This document shows, piece by piece, positions 27,449-38,825 of a stretch of DNA of 64,000 bases. The stretch covers positions 7,936,001-8,000,000 of the forward strand of contig OZ116707.1 of assembly GCA_964199315.1 (NCBI GenBank), written 5' to 3'. The DNA is from Orbicella franksi. Its lineage: Eukaryota. Each line of letters begins with the position of its first letter. Position 1 is the stretch's first letter. Below the pieces are notes generated by a model, which was given only the letters and a program-made list of their open reading frames with translations, did no database searches and was not told the DNA's origin. The position numbers were made by a program, and so were the translations under genes.

Positions 27449-28150
27449 CAGTGCTCAAAATTAACTTTTAGGTCTGGTCTTCCACTGGACCAGTAGGCTT
27501 AGAATTTCACTGGTCCCAGGAGCAAAGCTACTGGTCACTCTTTACATTTTTCCCACGGGTAATGCAGTATGTAATTTGCGCCTGCAGGTAAAATACACGG
27601 CAAACCATGATCAAATAATTAAACGCAACTATTTAATTTGCAATTTTTTAGTTGGCCTTGTGTGCCTTTAAGCTGTCAGTTTGAAAGTTATTTGTTTCGA
27701 TTGTCAGGGAATATTGTCAGGAAATATTGCGTGTTTTTTCCATTCGCAAATTCCCTGCAAAACTTGCAAAACATTTTGTTTTCCTTTTCATCAAACTGGA
27801 GCCATTTGTACCTTTCTTTCCATGATTCCTGAAACTTCCATGTTCTTTTGGTCGCAGCTTCAGTGGGCATTGTAGGTGTTGTGTTGATTTTTTGATCTTG
27901 CTTTCCTCCAAAGAAAGAATTCAGTGAATTTTGAACTTGTTTTCGTTTGGACATTTTGACAAATTGTATTTTGGAAGAAAATATATATGTGACCAAAATC
28001 TGCTAAGGTGGGCAAACACGAAAAGCCGCCATATTGCATCCCAGGATGCATTTCATTTCGAGTAGAACCCAGACTTTTACCTGCCAAGAGAATGCCTAGC
28101 ATTTTTTGCTTGTCGTTTCGAAACATTCGTTTTCGGAAATTCTTCATTTG
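27449..28150 (-). mobile_element. Internally deleted hAT fragment (TTF-finger start joined to a 3' end)
   Basis: ORF 27688-27996: MSKRKQVQNSLNSFF...KFQESWKERYKWLQFDEKENKMFCKFCREF; candidate terminus cagtgctcaaaattaac at 27449; other end not seen. Confidence 0.6.
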
Positions 28151-28249
28151 CTTTGATATTTTTAGCCCATTTTAGTACAACACAAAAGCAATTATTCATC
28201 AGAGAACTGTAACTTTACCTGTCCAGAGGCCTAGTGGCAATAAAACTAC

Positions 28250-28722
28250 CCCACTGTAACACACTTCGCACAATTTTCTGTACAGACATAATTTGAAACT
28301 AGGTTCACAAGGTCTTTTCTGCAAATGTTTGAGACATGATGTTAGAGTTGGCATTTGTCTGTTGCTATGTCCAAGTTTTGACCACAATTTTGGTCCTGGA
28401 TATCGTAGGGAATGTTTGCGATAGTGGACAGAATAGAATCCAGAGATATGGAAATCTGAGTTCCTGAGGTTGTACCCAGAAGGAGTGCCACTGAATAAAT
28501 CTAATATGTTTGAAGGCAGCAGCCTGTGCTTGACTTTGTACATAAAAATGGTGATATCTACCAGTTGCATGTTGTATAGAGAGAAGTTGGCACATTTCAG
28601 TAAGTCTTTGTGTGCGAGATTGCAGTCACAGAATACCGCCCTAAGTCCCCTTTCATTTACTCGTTCTAGTTTCCTTTTGTTCGTTGTGTTACAAAAGTGC
28701 CAGACAAGGTTACCATAGGTCA
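28250..28722 (-). mobile_element. CR1-group LINE, 5'-truncated (C-terminus of RT ORF)
   Basis: LTYGNLVWHFC...ERVNERGLRAVF...MYKVKHRLLP...YNLRNSDF...KHSLRYPGPKLWSKL. Confidence 0.75.
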
Positions 28723-28905
28723 GATGTGGAAATATCGCTGTTTAGCAGATGTGGTTTAGCTGATGTGGTAATATTTACTCATTCTAGTTTCTTTTTGTTT
28801 GTTGCTTCACAAAAGTGGAAGATAAGGTTACAATAGGTGGGATGTGGTAATATCGCTGTTTGTCAGATGTGGTAATATCGCTTTGTGGTAATATCGCTGT
28901 TTCGA
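28723..28905 (+). repeat. Cluster of TGTGGTAATATCGCT motif repeats
   Basis: About six full or partial copies in ~180 bp. Confidence 0.5.
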
Positions 28906-29359
28906 GTAGAGAAAGGTACTTGCATGAAAGGAAGATGTGTTCATCCGAATGAATGGACTGATGTTTTTTCGAGCCCTGTTTAGATAAGCTGGATAACACT
29001 TTCCACCATGTAGTTGCTATGAGGTATATGTGGCATCTACACTTGTGCCTTACTCTGTAAATGCAAATTTAAATTCACAATAATTAATCTGTGTTTTCTT
29101 TTTCCTTGGGAAATATAGCGGTAAATCGCACATACACATGCTTTTTGATGTGTCTATGTTGCAACTAGTGTGGTGAATTTGTGTGAAGGGTCGGTCAATT
29201 GATGGAAGATCTCGTGGCTGTTAATGTCTGTTCTTAGCTGCTTTTCTTCTAGTAAAGCTTTTACACAGATACTTAGCAATCCGCGTTAGAAATTAGGTCG
29301 ATTTTTTTCTTCATGGTAGTCGCAAATTGTAAAGCAAGCTGTTATTGGCTACAGGTAAT

Positions 29360-29507
29360 TGTTGTGTCTCGCAGAATTGAATAAATCAAACTGGTACAAC
29401 ACAACAATGTTTACTCAAACATGGCGGTTCATATTCAACAACAGGCGCACATGGCATGCGTGCGCATAATAGTAACAAAACCGCAGACCATCATGTGCGA
29501 CATAGCA
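29360..29507 (-). repeat. Gypsy 3' LTR (148 bp)
   Basis: Direct repeat of 33298-33442 with 6 substitutions and one 3-bp indel. Confidence 0.92.
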
Positions 29508-29557
29508 TTCCTCCCCCTTAAATCACAATCTATTAATAACGCACAAGTTCAGTTCAG

Positions 29558-32500
29558 TTACAAGTTCAGTCTCTCTGGTGGCTTCCATAGCCGAAGGGGA
29601 TAACGTCTACATGGTGGTGTTGCCGGACTGCTAACCATGGTCTCGCTTTGGCTACTGGGAGGGTTGTCAGGGGTGTTGTCCACGTGTGTATCTTTGCTCA
29701 ATGGTTCCTTGATGCCACTCATAGTGGGAGCCTGTAATTCTTCATTCTTGACACCACTTGTTGATTGTGGTGTTGCTGCCAACACCGCTGGGTTTAGCTG
29801 CGGTGTGTACTGTTCCTTGTTAAAGTTTGGAGTCACTGCAGACTCTCTGAGTTGGTCAACATGCTGTTGCCATACTGTATTGGGTGTGACCTTGACTTCA
29901 TAGGACAAGGGTCCTGAGTGAGCTGTGATGATCCCTGAAACCCACTTGTTTCCAGTTCTGTAGTTTTGGGCAACAACAGCTTGGCTTAACTCTAGCTTTC
30001 TGGCAGGGCTGTGACTTGACCATGACTCTTGATCTTGCTGTTTGTCTTCCACTCGCTTCTGTAAGTTAGGCTTCAGTATATCAAGCCTTGTCCTGATGTT
30101 TATCCTCATGAGGAGCATGGCTGGTGTCTCTCCAGTCAAGGCATGTGGGGTTGATCTGTAGGGCAGCAAAAAGTTTGCCAGCTTCTAAGAGATAGATTTC
30201 TTTTCTGTCAGTGCTGCACGGAGATCTTGCTTGAATGTCTGTACAAAACGTTCAGCCATTCCATTTGTGGCTGGGTGGTACGGAGCTGACTTAATATGGT
30301 TAATACCATTACTCATCATGAATTCTCCGAATTCATCTGCTATGAATTGAGGTCCATTATCACTTACAAGCTGCTCTGGCAAGCCGTGTGTGGCAAAGAG
30401 CTTTCTTAGTTCCTCAATTGTTCTGCTGGTAGTTGTAGTAGTCATCGGTATCACTTTGGGCCACTTAGAATGTGCATCTACAACAATCACATACATAGTT
30501 CCTAAGAATGGGCCAGCAAAGTCAATGTGGATGCGTTGCCATGGTCGTGCTGGCCACTCCCATGAGTGAAGCGGAGCGGTCTTAGGGTTGTTCTGGGTAA
30601 GTTGACAGCCAGTGCACCCCTTTGCTACTTCTTCAATTGCTTTGTCCATCCCTGGCCACCACATGTAGCTCCTGGCCAAGGCCTTCATCTTAACAATTCC
30701 AAGGTGGCTTTCATGGAGCTCAGCTAACAGTTGTGCCTGGTGCTTAGGTGGGATTATTACTTGTGAGCCCCACATAAGGCAGCCATCCTGTACGGTGAGC
30801 TCATCTTTCCTCCTCTGAAATGGCTCCAGCTCCTTGTCACTAACGGTTGGCCACCCTTGCTTTGTGTTTTCCATCACCCATGACAAAACCGGATCTCTCT
30901 GAGTTGCTTGACGGATCATATCTGCATTGACTGGCAGCACTTCTATCTGGGATACTTGAAAAATCTCCACTGGGTCAACTACTTCCTTGTCACAGGCTTT
31001 CTTTAGAGGTAGGCGTGACAATCCATCCACATTTCCATGTTGGGTTGTGTTCTTGTACTCAATACTGTACTCAAACCCTGCTAGAAACAACGTATAATGT
31101 TGTAAGCGAGCAACTGTCGTTGCTGGTATTCCTTTCTTGGGATTAAAAATTGAGGTCAGGGGCTCGCGATCTGTCACAAGTGTGAAATGGCGACCAAACA
31201 GGTAAAGGTGGAATTTCTTGACTCCCCAAACCAAGGTTAGGGCTTCTTTATCAATTTGGGAGTAGTTCCTTTCTGCTTTGGTTAGGGTATGTGATGCGAA
31301 GGCTATGGGTTGCTCTGAGCTATCCTCCATGATGTGCGATAAAACTGCCCCAATTCCGACTGGTGAGGTGTCACAGGCTAGTCTCAATGGCTGTCCTGGG
31401 TCATAATGGGTGAACACCATATCTGATGTGATCAGCTTCTTTACCGAGTGGAAGGCCTCCTTGCACTCTGTGGTGCACTTCCATCGTTTTCCTTGCTCCA
31501 AGAGTCCATTAAGGGGATTGAGTGTGGTGGCAAGGTTTGGCAAGAACTTGTGGTAGTAGTTTACCAGGCCTAAGAATGAACGGAGTTGCTGGACATTCTC
31601 TGGTCTTAATCGTCAAGTACTCTTGTGACTCTTCCTCCACTTCTATCTGATGGTAGGCCTGTCTGAGGTCAATGTTGGTGAACTTCTGCCCTCCTGCCAG
31701 CTTAGTGAATATGTCATCAATGCATGGGAGTGGGTACTCCTCTGTGTGAAGCTAGGGGTTAACTGTGATCTTATAGTCACCACAAATTCAAACTGTGCCA
31801 TTTGATTTGGCAACTGACACAATAGGTGTTGCCCAGTCGCTGAATTTGACCTTGTGCAGTATGCCTTCTTTTTCTAGATGTTTCAGCTCCACCTCGACCT
31901 TAGGTTTCATGGCATATGGGACAGGCCTTGCTTTACAAAACTTTGGTTGACTGCCTTCCTTCAACACAAGTTTTGCCTTGGCTGACTTGAATGTGCTGAT
32001 TTCATCCTTCACTATAGTCGTCTATGAGTCTCTATTTTCTTCTGGGTGTCTTGTGTCGGCTGTTCTTTTGAAATAGCACAGATCCTTTTCTAATCGAGTT
32101 GTATCTGGTGTAGCCAATCTCTTCCAAACAACGCCGGCCCTTGTGTCTTCAGTACATACAATGTTAAGTCCTTGACTTGGTTGTTGTGTTCCACGCGAAT
32201 GAGTAGTTTGCCTTTTAGTGTTATCTTCTCTCCTGAGTAGGTTTTCAAAATAGTGGTAGTGTCAACCAGAGGTGTGTTTGGGAAGGTTTCCTTGTACATC
32301 TCCAAGGGGAGTGTAGATTTTGCTGAACCTGTGTCTAGTTCCATCTTTAGTGTGTGGCCATTAACTTTTGGTGTCACCCAGATGACGTCACCAACTATCC
32401 CATGGTTAAAATTGTTGATTTCTAGGGATGCCACCAAGCTATCATCATCACGCTCATCATCTACCTCAAACAAGTGAAGGTTGGGGTTCTCGTCCCTTTG

Positions 32501-33236
32501 TCTTCAGGTAGAGTTTTGACTCTTTCCTGAGTGGCATACTCTTTGATATGGCCTAGTTTCCCACATTTTCGGCATGTTTCATTCCTGAAGTAACACTCAG
32601 CTGACTCGCATGTACTACCCCCATATCGATAACAATGAGATTTTGATTGGACATCATCTTTCCCTTTTGGAACTCTTTCGCTATCCTTGTTTATTTTGTT
32701 GACTTCAGATTCTATTAATGCTACCCTGCAATTCTAGTGTGTCTTTTGCTGCCGCTTCCATTGCTAAGGTAATTTCTGACGCTTTGGCCAATGACAAATC
32801 TGGCTCGGAGACCAGCCGTTTCTGGATAAGTTCATTGCGTAGTCCACACAGTCTCTCTTAATGCGTCATTTAAGTTGGTTCCGAATTCACAATACAGCGA
32901 CAATTTCTTTAATTCAGCAAAGTAAGTACTTACGGTTTCACCTTCGAGTTGGTTCCTTTTGTGAAAGTGGAATCGCTCTGCTATGAGCAGTGGTTTCGGT
33001 GACAGATGCTTCTGTAGTGTTTTTACGATAGTCTTGAAAGACAGGCTGGATGGCTTGGCTGGGGCGGCCAAATTGCGTAGTAATCCATGCGTTTTGTGTC
33101 CCATTAAGCTTAGCATTACAGCCACTTGCTTGTCATCCTTGATTTCATTGGCGATGAAGTATTGCTCTATACGTTCCACATAGGCGTTCCAATCATCGTT
33201 TGTGTCGTCAAACGTTTCAATCTTTCCAATCGGCAT
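29558..33236 (-). pseudogene. Gypsy gag-pol (gag, CCHC knuckle, protease, partial RT, RNase H, integrase)
   Basis: gag MPIGKIETFDD..WNAYVER; CRKCGKLGH; ELDTGSA; RT start (WATPIV...DLRQAYHQI) fused to RPENVQQLRSFLG; CDTSPVGIGAVL; RIHIDFAGPF, VSDNGPQF, GMAERF; frameshifts and stops. Confidence 0.92.
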
Positions 33237-33297
33237 AGTGGCGAAAGCTTGAACTTTTTCTGGTTGCCGCGTAGGGTCTAAATCCTTGTTGCCAATC

Positions 33298-33442
33298 TGT
33301 TGTGTCTCACGGAATTGAATAAATCAAACTGGTACAACACAACATTTACTCAAACATGGCGGTTCATATTCAACAACAGGCGCACATGGCATGTGTGTGC
33401 ATAATAGTAACAAAACCACAGACCATCATGTGTGACATAGCA
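33298..33442 (-). repeat. Gypsy 5' LTR (145 bp)
   Basis: Direct repeat of 29360-29507, followed on the minus strand by the PBS. Confidence 0.92.
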
Positions 33443-33714
33443 GTAATTACATTGTTGCCAATGGTAGCTCCTGTTGTTTTTTTAATCCGGATTCAAGGTT
33501 GGTTTTGTCACAACATGAAAGGCTTCATGTGGTAAGCTTTGAGACTGCTTCGTGACATACACAAACCCTTATGTGTGACAAGTTGTGTGTTTGATGAACG
33601 AGCAGCAAAGCCAAAATTTGTTGCTCTACTATTCGCAACAAGTTGATCACCCAAGGTGAGAAACTTGAAACTTTAGCCAAGTTGAGAGTTTTTGTATCAA
33701 ATATATGAATGAAT

Positions 33715-34233
33715 GATCCTTCTTGCACCTCAGTGGCACATAAGGCTAAAACTTGAGATTTCTGTTGCTCCCTATCCTTGGCTGTCGTCTCAAGTTCTTT
33801 CCATGTCTTCCCTGTTGTTTTCATTTCTGCCTCAATGGTCTTCCAGATTTCTTGCGGGCGACATCTCTTCCTTCTTCCACTATGCGGTTTCCATCTTAAT
33901 GCAGTTTGTGTTATGCTATCTTGGTCTTTCCTGATTACATGCCTAAGCCACCTCTGTCTCCTTTGCTTTATTATCGTAGTGATGTCCTTGTTTGCGATGT
34001 TCTGGGGCCAGTATATCCTACATATCTTTCTCAGGCATGAGGTGTGAAAACCTGACAGTCTTGAGCTGTCTCTTTGGGTAACCTTTCAACATTCTGCACC
34101 ATGCAGTAGTACTGGTAAGATGTTGCTGTTATAGATCCTTATCTTGGTTTTTTCACTGATGTTAGGTGACCTCCATACCTTATTTAGTTGAACAAATGAT
34201 GATTTGGCCTTCTGGAGACAGTTGGTGATGTCC
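33715..34233 (-). mobile_element. RTE-clade LINE 3' fragment
   Basis: KDITNCLQKAKSSFVQLNKVWRS...RWLRHVIRKDQDSITQTALRWKP...KTWKELETTAKDR; short (ATTC)n tail at ~33705-33716. Confidence 0.75.
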
Positions 34234-34584
34234 TTAAGGGCCCATTAACTGATTTATGCGTGCGCTTGCATGCGTTGCTAAGGAGGTGAAATTTCACTTC
34301 CGGTTACTTATGTCAGCCTGCACGCAGAAAATAAAAATAATGCAATAACTTACAAATTCGCTCACATTTTAGATGTTTTCTTTGTGTTTCACAAAATGCC
34401 AAGACAAAATAAGAGAAAGACAAAAACAAGAGCAATAGAAAGAAAAACTAACTCTGTGTGGCTTTGTTTGATCTTACCGAAGTGCGCTCTTCATAATGAG
34501 CTTGTTATCTCGACCACATTTTTATACACTCTGATCAGCTAGGTGGAGGTATTTGGTTAGGCATGTAATCCCACCGTTCATCTG

Positions 34585-34965
34585 CTATTTTTGAGCAAGA
34601 GACTTAACACTGAATGTTTCAAATTCGAACTGAAACAAGAAAACTCCCTCCGGAATGCACAAAGGTTCGTGTTTGCCCTTATTTAGGGGATAAAGTTCCT
34701 GTGTACAATGAGGGCACTTTCTTTTTCTAGTGTTTGCACACTGAAAACATTTTAGCAAACAACTCTCATGCAGAAAAATCTTGCAACAAGGGAGCCTCCG
34801 AGAAGGGATTGGCCCCGGTGTATAACAAATCAAGCACTTTGTTTGCAGAAAAGTTGGAAAAAGCTGCGGATCTCTTTGGACATTTTCATGACCTCTGGCA
34901 CCTAGGGTAGGCGAATAACAACTCAAAGTAGAAATAGCCAGTAAAGCCCAATAAAACAAGGGCAA
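34585..34965 (-). CDS. RING-finger-like ORF/terminal exon, copy 1
   Basis: C-x2-C-x12-C-C-x4-H-x2-C-x14-C-x2-C; probable acceptor ccctag|gt at 34901; the N-terminus of the ORF is read from the minisatellite. Confidence 0.5.
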   Translation of the reverse strand: MPLFYWALLAISTLSCYSPTLGARGHENVQRDPQLFPTFLQTKCLICYTPGPIPSRRLPCCKIFLHESCLLKCFQCANTRKRKCPHCTQELYPLNKGKHEPLCIPEGVFLFQFEFETFSVKSLAQK

Positions 34966-35362
34966 ATGTTAAAAGCAGGGCAAACAAGAAATCAAATACG
35001 AAATAGGCCTCAAAGCCCATATAAAACGAGGGCAGATGTTAAAAGCAGGGCAAACAACATATCCAGGACATATCAAATTAGAAACAGGCTGCAAAGCCCA
35101 TGTTAAACGAGGGCAAATGTTGAGAGCAGGGCGAATAACATCAAATTAGAAATAGCCCACAAAACCCAATAAAACAAGGGCAAACGTCAAAAGCAGGGCT
35201 AATAACAAATAAAATCAAAAATACATGTAGGCCACAAACCCCAGTAAAACAAACACAAACGTTAAAAACAGGGTAAATAACATATCAAATAAGAAATAGC
35301 CCGCAAAGCCCATATAAAATGAAGTCAAAAGTTAAGAGGAGGGCCAACAACATATCAAATTA
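34925..35362 (+). repeat. ~70-bp minisatellite block (module B), present in all 9 units
   Basis: 6-7 monomers of ~62-81 bp, consensus aaagcccatataaaacgagggcagatgttaaaagcagggcaaacaacaaatcaaat..; A-rich on the plus strand. Confidence 0.85.
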
Positions 35363-36951
35363 GGGGAAAATGCAAGTTTCTCAATTCACGCTGAAGTTTT
35401 CCACAATTCTTTTGCGGAGTGCAACCACCTAAAACTGCACATTTTTGAGTAAGAGCTATTGGCAACTGAACGAAAAAGAATGGACGAGGAGAATTGGGGC
35501 AATAATTGAATTAATCCCGGCTTTTATTACATCTTCTGTAAGAAGCTTAAGTGAGAATAATTTTGTGAATATGGGAGAAACTTTTTTCATGCTGCATGAA
35601 ATGCGTATTTTTATTTTCCACAAATTGTGAAAGGAACTTTCTAATTTTCGTGAAACGTGATCTAACCCCCTGTTTACAACCATCTTTGATGACCGCGCCG
35701 AAACAATTGGCGATTTCCTGGGCGTTTATTTCAGGCTGCTCGCAAACGCAAAGACACATTCTTCTTATGTGAGATATTAACTGTGGGAGCAGGCAAATTT
35801 CATTGGCTAGTTGATTAATATGACCAATTATTCAATCTGTCGAGTTTGCTTGGAGCAACAGAACAACATAGTAACTGAGAGACAGCAATGCAATGCAACA
35901 TGGGTAGCTGATCCAAATCAACCTTGATGGATACAGAGTTAGTTTTCGTGTGTTGACAGCTTGCAACGCTACATGAAATAGTAAACTTCTTTCAAATAGA
36001 AAAAACTGTGGTTCTCCTTTGCATTACAAAGATTATGCTGTGAATTACAGTTTCGACCCTCTGTTTAACAGGGGGGAAGATTGAAATGTAGTTAATACTT
36101 GAAACTGGAGACACTCATCTGTCGCCGAGCATGAACTGAATCAATCACACGGAGAAACGGCCATCTCCACGTGATGCAAATACTTCACAAGACAACCAAA
36201 GAAAGACACGAACACACAGGTACATCATTTAGTTTTATGCCATAAATATGAACAGGCTAATTAGAGCACAAAGGTTCCCTGTGATATCGCAAAATGAAAG
36301 TCACACTCGTTCCCGTGTGTTGCAGAATTGTAGCAGATTGTACCTACGTACAACTATTTGCGAAAAGAAAATTAGCAACACATTTCTTTTCGTAAATTGG
36401 ATGAAGTTACGTTGGCGTATTCTCGGAAATGGCGATGTGAAGTGTATTGTGTATTGTCGCTGAAAACTCGTGCATTTGGCTCACTGTATAGACCATAACT
36501 TACATTACATTTTTAGTACGGTATTAAGAAGCGTTCATATCATTATTTTCTATTTTCACCAAAACAGTAAGTTTCCACTTTGACTGAGAATGATGGTGAA
36601 AATAAGTTTTACATACCATCCAGTAAAACAGCTTGGCATAATAATTCTAATAACGCCATGATTTCAAAAGGCGTGGGAACGATAATGCTGAATAATCTGT
36701 CATGACAGCTCTACTGTTAAATAAATTATTGCACTTTAAACACTCATTTAAAGAAAACATTCACCTAAGGAAAAATGCGTTAAAACATTTTGTAAACGGG
36801 TTTAAATGTGTTTTTAACCCGTTTGAACGGTGTTTAAATACGTTTTGGTCTGAAAGGTGAATAAACGTGTTTTTCTCTTTTCACCTTTAACCACTTTTTC
36901 CAAGATAGGGTCACAAATTTCTATGATTATGATATTGATAAGAACAAATTA
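35363..36951. repeat. Module C (~1.6 kb), copy 1
   Basis: Near-identical to ~39675-41262 at an offset of 4311-4312; absent from the other units except for the first ~30 bp. Confidence 0.9.
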
Positions 36952-37463
36952 TAGAGCGATTTCCGTATGACCTTGGTAAACACTGGCAGTTTTCTCAAGT
37001 TTTTGGAATCTGTTTCGTAATAAATGGAGAGAACTATATTCAATTAACCAATAAGAAAGACTTTGTGCCATTAACTCCATTCACAAAACAAATCAAATTG
37101 CTTCGTTTTAGCTCATCTAGATCATACAGAAATCATTTCAGTATATCCATTATCAGTCATTGGCACATATCAAACTCTCAACATGCTTGATTATAATAGC
37201 TATATAACGGTTATATATACCAGAAAATCTATTAATAGAAAAAACTACGAAACATTTAAAAGGAATCAGTACTAAAAGATGTAAAGTTATATAGAGATGC
37301 TAAGTTGCTTTATAATATATTGGAAAATATTTTAAACATTGTAAAAAGGAGTTGACAATTTAAAGCTCTTCATAATGAGCTTGTTATGTCAACCACATTT
37401 TTATACACTCTGATCAGCTAGGTGGAGGTATTTGGTTAGGCATGTAATCCCACCGTTCATCTG

Positions 37464-37838
37464 CTATTTTTGAGCAAGAGACTTAACACTGAACGTTTCA
37501 AATTCGAACTGAAACAAGAAAACTCCCTCTGGAATGCACGAAGGTTCGTGTTTGCCCTTATTTAGGGGATAAAGTTCCTGTCTACAATGGGGGCACTTTC
37601 TTTTTCTAGTGCTTGCACACTGAAAACATTTTAGCAAACAGCTCTCATGCAGAAAAATCTTGCAACAAGGGAGCCTCCGAGAAGGGATTGGCCCCGGTGT
37701 ATAACAAATCAAGCACTTTGTTTGCAGAAAAGTTGGCAAATGCTGCTGATCTCTTTGGACATTTTCATGACCTCTGGCACCTAGGGTAGGCGAATAACAA
37801 CTCAAAGTAGAAATAGCCCGTAAAGCCCAATAAAACAA
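37464..37838 (-). CDS. RING-finger-like ORF, copy 2
   Basis: Same Cys/His pattern; ends SLAQK*. Confidence 0.5.
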   Translation of the reverse strand: MFYWALRAISTLSCYSPTLGARGHENVQRDQQHLPTFLQTKCLICYTPGPIPSRRLPCCKIFLHESCLLKCFQCASTRKRKCPHCRQELYPLNKGKHEPSCIPEGVFLFQFEFETFSVKSLAQK

Positions 37839-38825
37839 GAGCAGATGTTAAAAGCAGGGAAAACAACAAATCAAATACGAAATAGGCCTCAAAGCCCATA
37901 TAAAACGAGGGCAGATGTTAAAAGCAGGGCAAACAACATATCCAGGACATATCAAATTAGAAACAGCCTGCAAAGCCCATGTTAAACGAGGGCAAATGTC
38001 AGAGCAGGGCGAATATCATCAAATTAGAAATAGCCCACAAAACCCAATAAAACAAGGGCAAACGTCAAAAGCAAGGCTAGTAACAAATAAAATCAAAAAT
38101 ACATGTAGCCCACCAAGCCCAGTAAAACAAGGGCAAAAGATTAAAAGCAGGGCGAATAACAAATCAAATGAATGATGGCTCACAAAGCCCAGTAAAACAA
38201 ACGCAAACATTAAAAGCAGGGTAAATAATATAACAAATAAGAATTAGCCCGCAAAGGCCATATAAAATGAAGTCAAACGTTGAGAGCAGGGCCAACAACA
38301 TATCAAGCCATTATAGAGCAATTTCCGTATGACCTTGGTAAACACTGGCGGTTTTTGCAAGTTTTTGGAATCTGTTTCATAATAAATGGAGAGAACTATA
38401 TTCGATTAACCAATAAGAAAGACTTTGTGCCGTTAACTCTGCTCACAAAACAAATCAAATTGCTTCGTTTTAGCCCATCTAGATCATACAGAAATCATTT
38501 CAGTATCTCCATTATCAGTCATTTGCACATATCAAACTCTCAACATGCTTGATTATAATAGCTATATAACGGTTATATATACCAGAAAATCTATTAATAG
38601 AAAAAACTACGAAACATTTAAAAGGAATCAGTACTAAAAGATGTAAAGTTATATAGAGATGCTAAGTTGCTTTATAATATATTGGAAAATATTCTAAAAA
38701 TTGTAAAAAGGAGTTGACAATTTAAAGCTCTTCATAATGAGCTTGTTATGTCAACCACATTTTTATACACTTTGATCAGCTAGGTGGAGGTATTTGGTTA
38801 GGCATGTAATCCCACCGTTCATCTG

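Larger units (their letters stand above)
29360..33442 (-). mobile_element. Gypsy LTR retrotransposon, both LTRs present, defective
   Basis: TG..CA LTRs at 29360-29507 and 33298-33442; 5-bp TSD GTAAT; PBS tggcaacaagg (decayed TGGCGACGAGG, tRNA-Ser-like) next to the 5' LTR; PPT aagggggaggaa next to the 3' LTR. Confidence 0.95.

Noticed and set aside
36248-36463. Plus-strand ORF MNRLIRAQ.. (also 40559-40774)
   Set aside because: Short, no motif; identity between the copies reflects recent duplication.
37100-37130. Helitron 3' end at catctag in module D
   Set aside because: No GC-rich hairpin just upstream, and homology continues through the site.
37915-38552. Plus-strand ORFs in the array (MLKAGQ.., MRAGPTTYQ.. 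and copies)
   Set aside because: They are read through minisatellite monomers whose lengths are mostly not multiples of 3, or across the B-D deletion junction; they recur only because the DNA is duplicated.
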